NCBI GenBank assembly: GCA_964016885.1
Contig: OZ024742.1
Location: 246,202,001-246,266,000, forward strand
DNA: 64,000 bases
Direction: 5' to 3'
From: Eledone cirrhosa
Taxonomy: Eukaryota
The notes below the pieces were generated by a model, which saw only the letters and a program-made list of their open reading frames with translations, made no database searches and had not been told where the DNA came from. Positions within the stretch are counted from its first letter, which is position 1. Every line of letters starts with the position of its first letter. A program made the position numbers and the translations under genes. Below are positions 27,426 through 41,429 of the stretch, piece after piece.

Positions 27426-30400
27426 GGTATAGTATATCTATAGACAGGTGTAGCAATTATATCTATAGACAGGTGTAGCATATCTATAAAGTGTAGTATA
27501 TCTATAGACAGGTATAGTATATCTATAGACAGGTGTAGTATATCTATAGACAGGTGTAGTATATCTATAGACAGGTATAGTATATCTATAGACAGGTGTA
27601 GTACCTATATCTATAGACAGGTGTAGTATATCTATAGACAGGTATAGTATATCTATAGACAGGTATAGTATATCTATAGACAGGTATAGTATATCTATAG
27701 ACAGGTATAGTATATCTATAGACAGGTATAGTATATATATATATCTATAGACAGGTGTAGTATATCTATAGACAGGTGTAATATATCTATAGACAGGTAT
27801 AGTATATCTATAGACAGGTAGTATATCTATAGACAGGTAGTATATCTATAGACAGGTAGTATATCTATAGACAGGTGTAGTATATCTATAGACAGGTACA
27901 GTATATCTATAGACAGGTAGTATATCTATAGACAGGTATAGTATATCTATAGACGGGTGTAGTATATCTATAGATAGGTGTAGTATATCTATAGACAGGT
28001 GGAGTATATCTATAGACAGGTGTAGTATATCTATAGCCAGGTATAGTATATCTATAGCCAGGTATAGTATATCTATAGACAGGTGTAGTATATCTATAGA
28101 CAGGTGAAGTATATCTATAGACAGGTGTAGTAACTATATCTATAGACAGGTGTAGTATATCTATAGACAGGTATAGTATATCTATAGACAGGTGTAGTAT
28201 ATCTATAGACAGGTATAGTATATCTATAGACAGGTGAAGTATATCTATAGACAGGTGTAGTAACTATATCTAGAGACAGGTGTAGTATATCTATAGACAG
28301 GTGTAGTATATCTATAGACAGGTGTAGTATATCTATAGACAGGTGTAGTATATCTATAGACAGGTGTAGTATATCTATAGACAGGTATAGTATATCTATA
28401 GACAGGTATAGTAAATATATCTATAGACAGGTGTAGTATATCTATAGACAGGTGTAGTAACTATATCTATAGACAGGTGTAGTAACTATATCTATAGACA
28501 GGTGTAGTATATCTATAGACAGGTATAGTATATCTATAGACAGGTGTAGTATATCTATAGACAGGTGTAGTAAATCTATAGACAGTTGTAGTATATCTAT
28601 AAAGTGTAGTATATCTATAGACAGGTGTAGTATATCTATAGACAGGTGTAGTATATCTATAGACAGGTGTAGTATATCTATAGACAGGTGTAGTATATCT
28701 ATAGACAGGTGTAGGAACTATATCTATAGACAGGTGTAGTATATCTATAGACAGGTGTAGGAACTATATCTATAGACAGGTGTAGTAACTATATCTATAG
28801 ACAGGTGTAGTATATCTATAGACAGGTGTAGTATATCTATAGACAGGTGTAGTATATCTATAGACAGGTGTAGTAACTATATCTATAGACAGGTGTAGTA
28901 TATCTATAGACAGGTGTAGTATATCTATAGACAGGTGTAGTAACTATATCTATAGACAGGTGTAGTATATCTATAGACAGGTATAGTATATCTATAGACA
29001 GGTGTAGTATATCTATAGACAGGTGTAGTAACTATATCTATAGACAGGTGTAGTATATCTATAGACAGGTGTAGTATATCTATAGACAGGTGTAGCAATT
29101 ATATCTATAGACAGGTGTAGTAACTATATCTATAGACAGGTGTAGTATATCTATAGACTGGTATAGTATATCTATAGACAGGTGTAGTATATCTATAGAC
29201 AAGTGTAGTATATCTATAGACAGGTATAATATATCTATAGACAGGTATAGTATATCTATAGACAGGTGTAGTATATCTATAGACAGGTGTAGTATATCTA
29301 TAGACAGGTGTAGGAACTATATCTATAGACAGGTGTAGTAACTATATCTATAGACAGGTGTAGTATATCTATAGACAGGTATAGTATATCTATAGACAGG
29401 TGTAGTATATCTATAGACAGGTGTAGTATATCTATAGACAGGTACAGTATATCTATAGACAGGTGTAATAAATATATCTATAGACAGGTGTAGTATATCT
29501 ATAGACAGGTGTAGAATATCTATAGACAGGTGTAGTATATCTATAGACAGGTGTAGTATATCTATAGACAGGTGTAGTATATCTATAGACAGGTGTAGTA
29601 TATCTATAGACGGGTGTAGTATATCTATAGACAGGTGTAGTATATCTATAGACAGGTGTAGTATATCTATAGACAGGTGTAGTAACTATATCTATAGACA
29701 GGTGTAGTAACTATATCTATAGACAGGTGTAGTAACTATATCTATAGACAGGTGTAGTATATCTATAGACAGGTGTAGTATATCTATAGACAGGTGTAGT
29801 ATATCTATAGACGGGTGTAGTATATCTATAGACAGGTATAGTATATCTATAGACAGGTATAGTATATATATATCTATAGACAGGTGTAGTATATCTATAG
29901 ACAGGTGTAATATATCTATAGACAGGTATAGTATATCTATAGACAGGTAGTATATCTATAGACAGGTAGTATATCTATAGACAGGTAGTATATCTATAGA
30001 CAGGTGTTGTATATCTATAGACAGGTACAGTATATCTATAGACAGGTAGTATATCTATAGACAGGTATAGTATATCTATAGACGGGTGTAGTATATCTAT
30101 AGACAGGTGTAGTATATCTATAGACAGGTGGAGTATATCTATAGACAGGTGTAGTATATCTATAGCCAGGTATAGTATATCTATAGCCAGGTATAGTATA
30201 TCTATAGACAGGTGTAGTATATCTATAGACAGGTGAAGTATATCTATAGACAGGTGTAGTAACTATATCTATAGACAGGTGTAGTATATCTATAGACAGG
30301 TATAGTATATCTATAGACAGGTGTAGTATATCTATAGACAGGTATAGTATATCTATAGACAGGTGAAGTATATCTATAGACAGGTGTAGTAACTATATCT

Positions 30401-33400
30401 AGAGACAGGTGTAGTATATCTATAGACAGGTGTAGTATATCTATAGACAGGTGTAGTATATCTATAGACAGGTGTAGTATATCTATAGACAGGTGTAGTA
30501 TATCTATAGACAGGTATAGTATATCTATAGACAGGTATAGTAACTATATCTATAGACAGGTGTAGTAAATCTATAGACAGGTGTAGTAACTATATCTATA
30601 GACAGGTGTAGTAACTATATCTATAGACAGGTGTAGTATATCTATAGACAGGTATAGTATATCTATAGACAGGTGTAGTATATCTATAGACAGGTGTAGT
30701 ATATCTATAGACAGTTGTCGTATATCTATAAAGTGTAGTATATCTATAGACAGGTGTAGTATATCTATAGACAGGTGTAGTATATCTATAGACAGGTGTA
30801 GGAACTATATCTATAGACAGGTGTAGTAACTATATCTATAGACAGGTGTAGTATATCTATAGACAGGTGTAGTATATCTATAGACAGGTGTAGTATATCT
30901 ATAGACAGGTGTAGTAACTATATCTATAGACAGGTGTAGTATATCTATAGACAGGTGTAGTATATCTATAGAGAGGTGTAGTAACTATATCTATAGACAG
31001 GTGTAGTATATCTATAGACAGGTATAGTATATCTATAGACAGGTGTAGTATATCTATAGACAGGTGTAGTAACTATATCTATAGACAGGTGTAGTATATC
31101 TATAGACAGGTGTAGTATATCTATAGACAAGTGTAGCTATTATATCTATAGACAGGTGTAGTAACTATATCTATAGACAGGTGTAGTATATCTATAGACA
31201 GGTATAGTATATCTATAGACAGGTGTAGTATATCTATAGACAAGTGTAGTATATCTATAGACAGGTATAATATATCTATAGACAGGTATAGTATATCTAT
31301 AGACAGGTGTAGTATATCTATAGACAGGTGTAGTATATCTATAGACAGGTGTAGGAAATATATCTATAGACAGGTGTAGTAACTATATCTATAGACAGGT
31401 GTAGTATATCTATAGACAGGTATAGTATATCTATAGACAGGTGTAGTATATCTATAGACAGGTGTAGTATATCTATAGACAGGTGTAGTATATCTATAGA
31501 CAGGTGTAGTATATCTATAGACAGGTGTAGTATATCTATAGACAGGTGTAGTATATCTATAGACAGGTGTAGTATATCTATAGACAGGTGTAGTATATCT
31601 ATAGTCAGGTAGTATATCTATAGACAGGTAGTATATCTATAGACAGGTAGTATATCTATAGACAGGTAGTATATCTATAGACAGGTGTAGTATATCTATA
31701 GACAGGTAGTATATCTATAGACAGGTAGTATATCTATAGACAGGTATAGTATATCTATAGACAGGTATAGTATATCTATAGACAGGAGTAGTATATCTAT
31801 AGACAGGTGTAGTATATCTAAAGACAGGTACAGTATATCTATAGACAGGTAGCATATCTATAGACAGGTATAGTATATCTATAGACAGGTGTAGTATATC
31901 TATAGACAGGTGTAGTATATCTATAGACAGGTGTAGTATATCTATAGACAGGTGTAGTATATCTATAGACAGGTGTAGTATATCTATAGACAGGTGTAGT
32001 ATATCTATTGACAGGTGTAGTATATCTATAGACAAGTGTAGTATATCTATAGACAGGTGTAGTAACTATATCTATAGACAGGTGTAGTATATCTATAGAC
32101 AGGTGTAGTATATCTATAGACAGGTGTAGTATATCTATAGACATGTATAGTATATCTATAGACAGGTAGTATATCTATAGACAGGTATAGTATATCTATA
32201 GACAGGTGTAGTATATCTATAGACAGGAGTAGCAATTATATCTATAGACAGGTGTAGTATATCTATAGACAGGTGTAGTATATCTATAGACAGGTATAGT
32301 ATATCTAGACAGGTGTAGTATATCTATAGACAGGTGTAGTATATCTATAGACAGGTGTAGTATATCTATAGACAGGTGTAGTATATCTATAGAGAGGTGT
32401 AGTATATCTATAGACAGGTGTAGTATATCTATAGACAGGTGTAGTATATCTATAGACAGGTGTAGTATATCTATAGACAGGTGTAGTATATCTATAGACA
32501 GGTGTAGTATATCTATTGACAGGTGTAGTATATCTATAGACAAGTGTAGTATATCTATAGACAGGTGTAGTATATCTATAGACAGGTATAGTATATCTAT
32601 AGACAGGTGTAGTATATCTATAGACAGGTATAGTAACTATATCTATAGACAGGTGTAGTATATCTATAGACAGGTGTATTATATCTATAGACAGGTGTAG
32701 TATATCTATAGACAGGTGTATTATATCTATAGACAAGTGTAGTATATCTATAGACAGGTGTAGTAACTATATCTATAGACAGGTGTAGTATATCTATAGA
32801 CAGGTGTAGTATATCTATAGACAGGTGTAGTATATCTATAGACAGGTGTAGTATATCTATAGAGAGGTGTAGTATATCTATAGACAGGTGTAGTATATCT
32901 ATTGACAGGTGTAGTATATCTATAGACAGGTATAGTATATCTATAGACAGGTGTAGTATATCTATTGACAGGTGTAGTATATCTATAGACAGGTGTAGCA
33001 ATTATATCTATAGACAGGTGTAGTATATCTATAGACAGGTGTAGTATATCTATAGACAGGTGTAGTATATCTATAGAGAGGTGTAGTATATCTATAGACA
33101 GGTGTAGTATATCTATAGACAGGTGTAGTATATCTATAGACAGGTATAGTATATCTATAGACATGTGTAGTATATCTATTGACAGGTGTAGTATATCTAT
33201 AGACAAGTGTAGTATATCTATAGACAGGTGTAGTAACTATATCTATAGACAGGTGTAGTATATCTATAGACAGGTAGTATATATATAGACAGGTAGTATA
33301 TCTATAGACAGGTAGTATATCTATAGACAGGTATAGTATATCTATAGACAGGTGTAGTATATCTATAGACAGGTAGTATATCTATAGACAGGTGTAGTAT

Positions 33401-35466
33401 ATCTATAGACAGGTGTAGTATATCTATTGACAGGTGTAGTATATCTATAGACAAGTGTAGTATATCTATAGACAGGTGTAGTAACTATATCTATAGACAG
33501 GTGTAGTATATCTATAGACAGGTGTAGCAATTATATCTATAGACAGGTGTAGTATATCTATAGACAGGTGTAGTATATCTATAGACAGGTATAGTATATC
33601 TAGACAGGTGTAGTATATCTATAGACAGGTGTAGTATATCTATAGAGAGGTGTAGTATATCTATAGACAGGTGTAGTATATCTATAGACAAGTGTAGTAT
33701 ATCTATAGACAGGTGTAGTAACTATATCTATAGACAGGTGTAGTATATCTATAGACAGGTGTAGTATATCTATAGACAGGTGTAGTATATCTATAGACAT
33801 GTATAGTATATCTATAGACAGGTATAGTATATCTATAGACAGGTGTAGTATATCTATAGACAGGTGTAGCAATTATATCTATAGACAGGTGTAGTATATC
33901 TATAGACAGGTGTAGTATATCTATAGACAGGTATAGTATATCTAGACAGGTGTAGTATATCTATAGACAGGTGTAGTATATCTATAGACAGGTATAGTAT
34001 ATCTATAGACAGGTGTAGTATATCTATAGACAGGTAGTATATCTATAGACAGGTAGTATATCTATAGACAGGTATAGTATATCTATAGACAGGTATAGTA
34101 TATCTATAGACAGGTGTAGTATATCTATAGACAGGTGTAGTATATCTATAGACAGGTACAGTATATCTATAGACAGGTAGTATATCTATAGACAGGTATA
34201 GTATATCTATAGACAGGTGTAGTATATCTATAGACAGGTGTAGTATATCTATAGACAGGTGTAGTACATCTATAGACAGGTGTAGTATATCTATAGACAG
34301 GTGTAGTATATCTATAGACAGGTGTAGTATATCTATAGACAGGTGTAATATATCTATAGAGAGGTCTAGTATATCTATAGACAGGTGTAGTATATCTATA
34401 GACAGGTGTAGTATATCTATAGACAGGTGTAGTATATCTATTGACAGGTTAGTATATCTATAGACAAGTGTAGTATATCTATAGACAGGTGTAGTAACTA
34501 TATCTATAGACAGGTGTAGTATATCTATAGACAGGTAGTATATCTATAGACAGGTAGTATATCTATAGACAGGTATAGTATATCTATAGACAGGTGTAGT
34601 ATATCTATAGACAGGTAGTATATCTATAGACAGGTAGTATATCTATAGACAGGTGTAGTGTATCTATAGACAGGTGTAGTATATCTATTGACAGGTGTAG
34701 TATATCTATAGACAAGTGTAGTATATCTATAGACAGGTGTAGTAACTATATCTATAGACAGGTGTAGTATATCTATAGACAAGTGTAGTATATCTATAGA
34801 CAGGTGTAGTTTATCTATAGACATGTATAGTATATCTATAGACAGGTAGTATATCTATAGACAGGTATAGTATATCTATAGACAGGTGTAGTATATCTAT
34901 AGACAGGTTTAGCAATTATATCTATAGACAGGTGTAGTATATCTATAGACAGGTGTAGTATATCTATAGACAGGTATAGTATATCTAGACAGGTGTAGTA
35001 TATCTATAGACAGGTGTAGTATATCTATAGACAGGTGTAGTATATCTATAGACAGGTGTAGTATATCTATAGAGAGGTGTAGTATATCTATAGACAGGTG
35101 TAGTATATCTATAGACAGGTGTAGTATATCTATAGACAGGTGTAGTATATCTATAGACAGGTGTATTATATCTATTGACAGGTGTAGTATATCTATAGAC
35201 AAGTGTAGTATATCTATAGACAGGTGTAGTATATCTATAGACAGGTATAGTATATCTATAGACAGGTGTAGTATATCTATAGACAGGTATAGTAACTATA
35301 TCTATAGACAGGTGTAGTATATCTATAGACAGGTGTATTATATCTATAGACAGGTGTAGTATATCTATAGACAGGTATAGTATATCTATAGACAGGTGTA
35401 GTATATCTATAGACAGGTATAGTATATCTATAGACAGGTAGTATATCTATAGACAGGTATAGTATA

Positions 35467-35508
<42 letters not shown>

Positions 35509-38500
35509 GGTATAGTATATCTATAGACAGGTGTAGCAATTATATCTATAGACAGGTGTAGCATATCTATAAAGTGTAGTATATCTATAGACAGGTATAG
35601 TATATCTATAGACAGGTGTAGTATATCTATAGACAGGTGTAGTATATCTATAGACAGGTATAGTATATCTATAGACAGGTGTAGTACCTATATCTATAGA
35701 CAGGTGTAGTATATCTATAGACAGGTATAGTATATCTATAGACAGGTATAGTATATCTATAGACAGGTATAGTATATCTATAGACAGGTATAGTATATCT
35801 ATAGACAGGTATAGTATATATATATATCTATAGACAGGTGTAGTATATCTATAGACAGGTGTAATATATCTATAGACAGGTATAGTATATCTATAGACAG
35901 GTAGTATATCTATAGACAGGTAGTATATCTATAGACAGGTAGTATATCTATAGACAGGTGTAGTATATCTATAGACAGGTACAGTATATCTATAGACAGG
36001 TAGTATATCTATAGACAGGTATAGTATATCTATAGACGGGTGTAGTATATCTATAGATAGGTGTAGTATATCTATAGACAGGTGGAGTATATCTATAGAC
36101 AGGTGTAGTATATCTATAGCCAGGTATAGTATATCTATAGCCAGGTATAGTATATCTATAGACAGGTGTAGTATATCTATAGACAGGTGAAGTATATCTA
36201 TAGACAGGTGTAGTAACTATATCTATAGACAGGTGTAGTATATCTATAGACAGGTATAGTATATCTATAGACAGGTGTAGTATATCTATAGACAGGTATA
36301 GTATATCTATAGACAGGTGAAGTATATCTATAGACAGGTGTAGTAACTATATCTAGAGACAGGTGTAGTATATCTATAGACAGGTGTAGTATATCTATAG
36401 ACAGGTGTAGTATATCTATAGACAGGTGTAGTATATCTATAGACAGGTGTAGTATATCTATAGACAGGTATAGTATATCTATAGACAGGTATAGTAAATA
36501 TATCTATAGACAGGTGTAGTATATCTATAGACAGGTGTAGTAACTATATCTATAGACAGGTGTAGTAACTATATCTATAGACAGGTGTAGTATATCTATA
36601 GACAGGTATAGTATATCTATAGACAGGTGTAGTATATCTATAGACAGGTGTAGTAAATCTATAGACAGTTGTAGTATATCTATAAAGTGTAGTATATCTA
36701 TAGACAGGTGTAGTATATCTATAGACAGGTGTAGTATATCTATAGACAGGTGTAGTATATCTATAGACAGGTGTAGTATATCTATAGACAGGTGTAGGAA
36801 CTATATCTATAGACAGGTGTAGTATATCTATAGACAGGTGTAGGAACTATATCTATAGACAGGTGTAGTAACTATATCTATAGACAGGTGTAGTATATCT
36901 ATAGACAGGTGTAGTATATCTATAGACAGGTGTAGTATATCTATAGACAGGTGTAGTAACTATATCTATAGACAGGTGTAGTATATCTATAGACAGGTGT
37001 AGTATATCTATAGACAGGTGTAGTAACTATATCTATAGACAGGTGTAGTATATCTATAGACAGGTATAGTATATCTATAGACAGGTGTAGTATATCTATA
37101 GACAGGTGTAGTAACTATATCTATAGACAGGTGTAGTATATCTATAGACAGGTGTAGTATATCTATAGACAGGTGTAGCAATTATATCTATAGACAGGTG
37201 TAGTAACTATATCTATAGACAGGTGTAGTATATCTATAGACTGGTATAGTATATCTATAGACAGGTGTAGTATATCTATAGACAAGTGTAGTATATCTAT
37301 AGACAGGTATAATATATCTATAGACAGGTATAGTATATCTATAGACAGGTGTAGTATATCTATAGACAGGTGTAGTATATCTATAGACAGGTGTAGGAAC
37401 TATATCTATAGACAGGTGTAGTAACTATATCTATAGACAGGTGTAGTATATCTATAGACAGGTATAGTATATCTATAGACAGGTGTAGTATATCTATAGA
37501 CAGGTGTAGTATATCTATAGACAGGTACAGTATATCTATAGACAGGTGTAATAAATATATCTATAGACAGGTGTAGTATATCTATAGACAGGTGTAGAAT
37601 ATCTATAGACAGGTGTAGTATATCTATAGACAGGTGTAGTATATCTATAGACAGGTGTAGTATATCTATAGACAGGTGTAGTATATCTATAGACGGGTGT
37701 AGTATATCTATAGACAGGTGTAGTATATCTATAGACAGGTGTAGTATATCTATAGACAGGTGTAGTAACTATATCTATAGACAGGTGTAGTAACTATATC
37801 TATAGACAGGTGTAGTAACTATATCTATAGACAGGTGTAGTATATCTATAGACAGGTGTAGTATATCTATAGACAGGTGTAGTATATCTATAGACGGGTG
37901 TAGTATATCTATAGACAGGTATAGTATATCTATAGACAGGTATAGTATATCTATAGACAGGTGTAGTATATCTATAGACAGGTGTAGTATATCTATAGAC
38001 AGGTGTAGTATATCTATAGACAGGTATAGTATATCTATAGACAGGTGTAGTATATCTATAGACAGGTGTAGTAACTATATCTATAGACAGGTGTAGTATA
38101 TCTATAGACAGGTGTAGTAACTATATCTATAGACAGGTGTAGTATATCTATAGACGGGTGTAGTATATCTATAGACAGATATAGTATATCTATAGACAGG
38201 TGTAGTATATCTATAGACAGGTACAGTATATCTATAGACAGATGTAGTATATCTATAGACGGGTGTAGTAAATATATCTATAGACAGGTATAGTATATCT
38301 ATAGACAGGTATAGTATATCTATAGACGGGTGTAGTATATCTATAGACAGGTGTAGTACATCTATAGACAGGTGTAGTATATCTATAGACAGGTATAGTA
38401 ACTATATCTATAGACAGGTGTAGTATATCTATAGACAGGTATAGTATATCTATAGACAGGTAATATATCTATAGACAGGTGTAGTATATCTATAGACAGG

Positions 38501-38900
38501 TATAGTAACTATATCTATAGACAGGTGTAGTATATCTATAGACAGGTATAGTATATCTATAGACAGGTGTAGTATATCTATAGACAAGTGTAGTATATCT
38601 ATAGACAGGTGTAGTATATATATAGACAGGTATAGTATATCTATAGACAGGTGTAGTATATCTATAGACAGGTATAGTATATCTATAGACAGGTATAGTA
38701 TATCTATAGACAGGTGTAGTATATCTATAGACAGGTATAGTATATCTATAGACAGGTATAGTATATCTATAGACAGGTGTAGTAACTATATCTATAGACA
38801 GGTGTAGTATATCTATAGACAGGTATAGTATATCTATAGACAGGTGTAGTATATCTATAGACAGGTGTAGTAACTATATCTATAGACAGGTAGAGTAACT
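16240..38900. repeat. 22.6 kb satellite array, 21-bp monomer TATATCTATAGACAGGTGTAG (roughly 1,050-1,100 copies) with higher-order repeats
   Basis: Seen directly. Variant monomers include 19 bp (CAGGTAG), 25 bp (TAAC/CAAT/GAAC insertions) and point variants. Identical ORFs recur at an offset of 8083 (23632/31715, 27194/35277). Confidence 0.98.
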
Positions 38901-38945
38901 CGTGTTATTTATTAACAGGAAGATACCCCAAAAATAGATATGAAG

Positions 38946-39271
38946 CAGTGGTTCCCAACCACTTGTGCATCATGTCCCACCTCAACATTTAAAAAATGAT
39001 GCCCCTCCTTTGGTATAAAAACACTGATAAACTGCAAATTTAAACAACTTGGCATATAAGTGATAGCAGATGCTCAAAGCATGTGTGGAGGAGGTGAGAC
39101 AGGACTTTCTGACAGTCACGTGTACCAAAGTTGCCTTGGTGTAAAAGTAATACTGTAAAAACTGAAGTTTGTTCTCATTAATATTATTTTCATATTGCCC
39201 CTCCCCACCTCTTAAATACTCACATTGCCTCCACCTCCCCGTGGGAATGCACCCCACGTTGGGAATCACTG
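38946..39271. mobile_element. hAT-type MITE
   Basis: TIRs CAGTGGTTCCCAAC / GTTGGGAATCACTG. Degenerate 8-bp TSD atatgaag / gtataaag. Confidence 0.75.
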
Positions 39272-39518
39272 GTATAAAGTAATAGATACATTTTATCTCT
39301 AGGGAGGTATAACGTTGCAATCATGCAGTTGATATCGCCATAAATAATATATTTTATTGCCAGTTAAAGATAACCTCTTGTGTTATTTCCTTTCAGAGGA
39401 GTTGTTTGTCAGATATAACTTAATTATCTCTACTCATTAATGTTGCTACTTTAAAATGATATAATAAATATTAATAGCCCAACCTACAATGATATAGAAA
39501 GCTTCTAGGTAGACTCAC

Positions 39519-39548
39519 CTGGACAGAATGACAGCATACAAGTTTCAT
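39519..39548 (-). CDS. DNAH3: Candidate first coding segment of the DNAH3-like gene (MKLVCCHSVQ), at the 3' end of a possible exon 39519-39795
   Basis: gtcATGa with an in-frame upstream stop, 10 codons, then a strong donor CAG|gtgagt in phase 0, which the 14380 exon requires. Possible acceptor ttcag| at 39796-39800. Lies in non-repetitive sequence. No homology support for the peptide itself. Confidence 0.5.
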
Positions 39549-41429
39549 GACCTCGATTCTAACCTAAACACTGATTTGCTTCACACAAACAGGCACACAC
39601 ACACACTCCGGCTCACATAACTGGGAATGGTCCTAGTCTGTTGCCAGCTTCTAAAACTGGCAAAATAGAGTTCATAGCGGCAGACCATCCAGCCAGAGGG
39701 AATTTGTCCTTCACGTAGAGGAGCTCAGTACATCCGCCACTTTGTCTGGCGAGATCAATGTTTCATAGAACTCTGGCCCTCTGGTCAACTGGTGGCTGAA
39801 TATCGAACAAGGCAATAAAAACCATTGTTATCTTATTTGTTTTTGTTGGGTTTTTTTCATAGTAAAAAAACCCAAAACAATTCGCAAGTAAATAGTTTGG
39901 AATTTATTTCGATACATAGAGACACGGTTGTTGAAGTAGCTGTGATGACCACCATGACGAGAGGGAGGCCATACATAAATACGGCTTTTGAAGTAGCTGT
40001 GATGGCCACCACGTCAAAAGAGAAGCCATATATTCAGACACAGTAATTAAAATGACTGTGACGGCCATCAATTCGATAGGGAGCCACCCACGGCTTTCTC
40101 CGGTTTCACTTCAGAGGTCAAATTTGTTTTGTTTATTTTTTTTATTCTGGCAATAGACTTTTTCTCCGGAGGGGGTGGGGTGTCCCCTCCTCGGAGTTTG
40201 GTGGGAAATAATTATCTTTTCTCGTTTTTTTTTCTGGAACTCGTAGATACTTGCAGTCGACTTATTTCCTCAAGTTTTATATTACAGGAATACTAAATTC
40301 ATAAACAGAGGCAACGAAGTGACAGAGTCGTTAGAACGTCGGGTAGAATGTTTTGCGGTATTCTTTCCGGCTCTCTTCACTCTAAGTTCAAAACCCTCCG
40401 GGGTCAACTTTGCTTTTCTTCCATTCGAAGTCGATAAAAAAAAAAGTATCAGTTCAGTACTCGTGTCGACTCTTCCTCTATAGCGCTTTCTTGTTTCCTT
40501 TCTCTCTCTCTCCTTCACTGGAAGAAATCGGCTGTGTTCAGACCTCGAGAGGAAATAGACTCCGCTAAGTTTAGTGCCCCATGTCACTTCAACAGCCCTA
40601 CGGTTAAACCAGGAATTGGGGGTCCATACATAGATACATACAAGTTATATAATGTTTATGATTTATAAAAGAAACAAATTTAAAAAAAATGAGAGTGGGA
40701 AGACATGCACACTCGGTTACGTTCCTTTGCGGTAATCAGCCACCCGGTTTAAAGCCACCACCTGGTTCGTAAGCGGTGTTTCTTCTGCTACAAATATTGG
40801 GACCAGGTATACGGTTTGATTAAACCTTGCTCCCACCGGTCTCGGATGTTCTGAACAATTTTTAAGGGCTATTCCTTCCTGACTAAACGACTAAAGGGGA
40901 AAAAATTAAATGTTCTAAGAAAATAAAACTGAATGAAGATGGTAGATTTAGATGATGAATACGGATTTTTGTTATTAGACTATGGAGAATTAATACACTA
41001 TTGGTGTAAAAACTATATATTAAAAAAAGTTGATAATAAAGACATACGTCTCCGTCATTTTCTTCTGTAATCAAATCCATAATCCATAAGCAGCATTAAC
41101 CAGAAGACAATTGAAAATATAGTTTTGATTCCGAAGCCTCTGGTTTCCACTCTTCTAATAGACAGTTTTCTATTGGTTTATTTGTTGTCTTTAAATACAC
41201 AACGACGTTTTATAATGACAACATAACATTATACCAGCATTTGAACTAACCAACGCTGTTAAAACTGACATCCATATTTCACAAATATTTCTATTTCTTC
41301 AAATTGTGTTTAGTTTTTAGATGTTAAAAAATATGATGGCTCAATTGTTGACCTTTCCTATTCAAACTGTTACAGGCGAATATGAACTTCAATGACATAC
41401 TCGACATTTATTTATATTTCTTACAGAAT

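Noticed and set aside
17845-35564. Dozens of (SIDILHL)n / (YRYTTPV)n ORFs
   Set aside because: They are satellite translations broken by length-variant monomers, with no splice donors or coding signature.
16240-38900. CRISPR-like array
   Set aside because: Monomers are head-to-tail with no unique spacers, there are no cas genes, and the context is eukaryotic.
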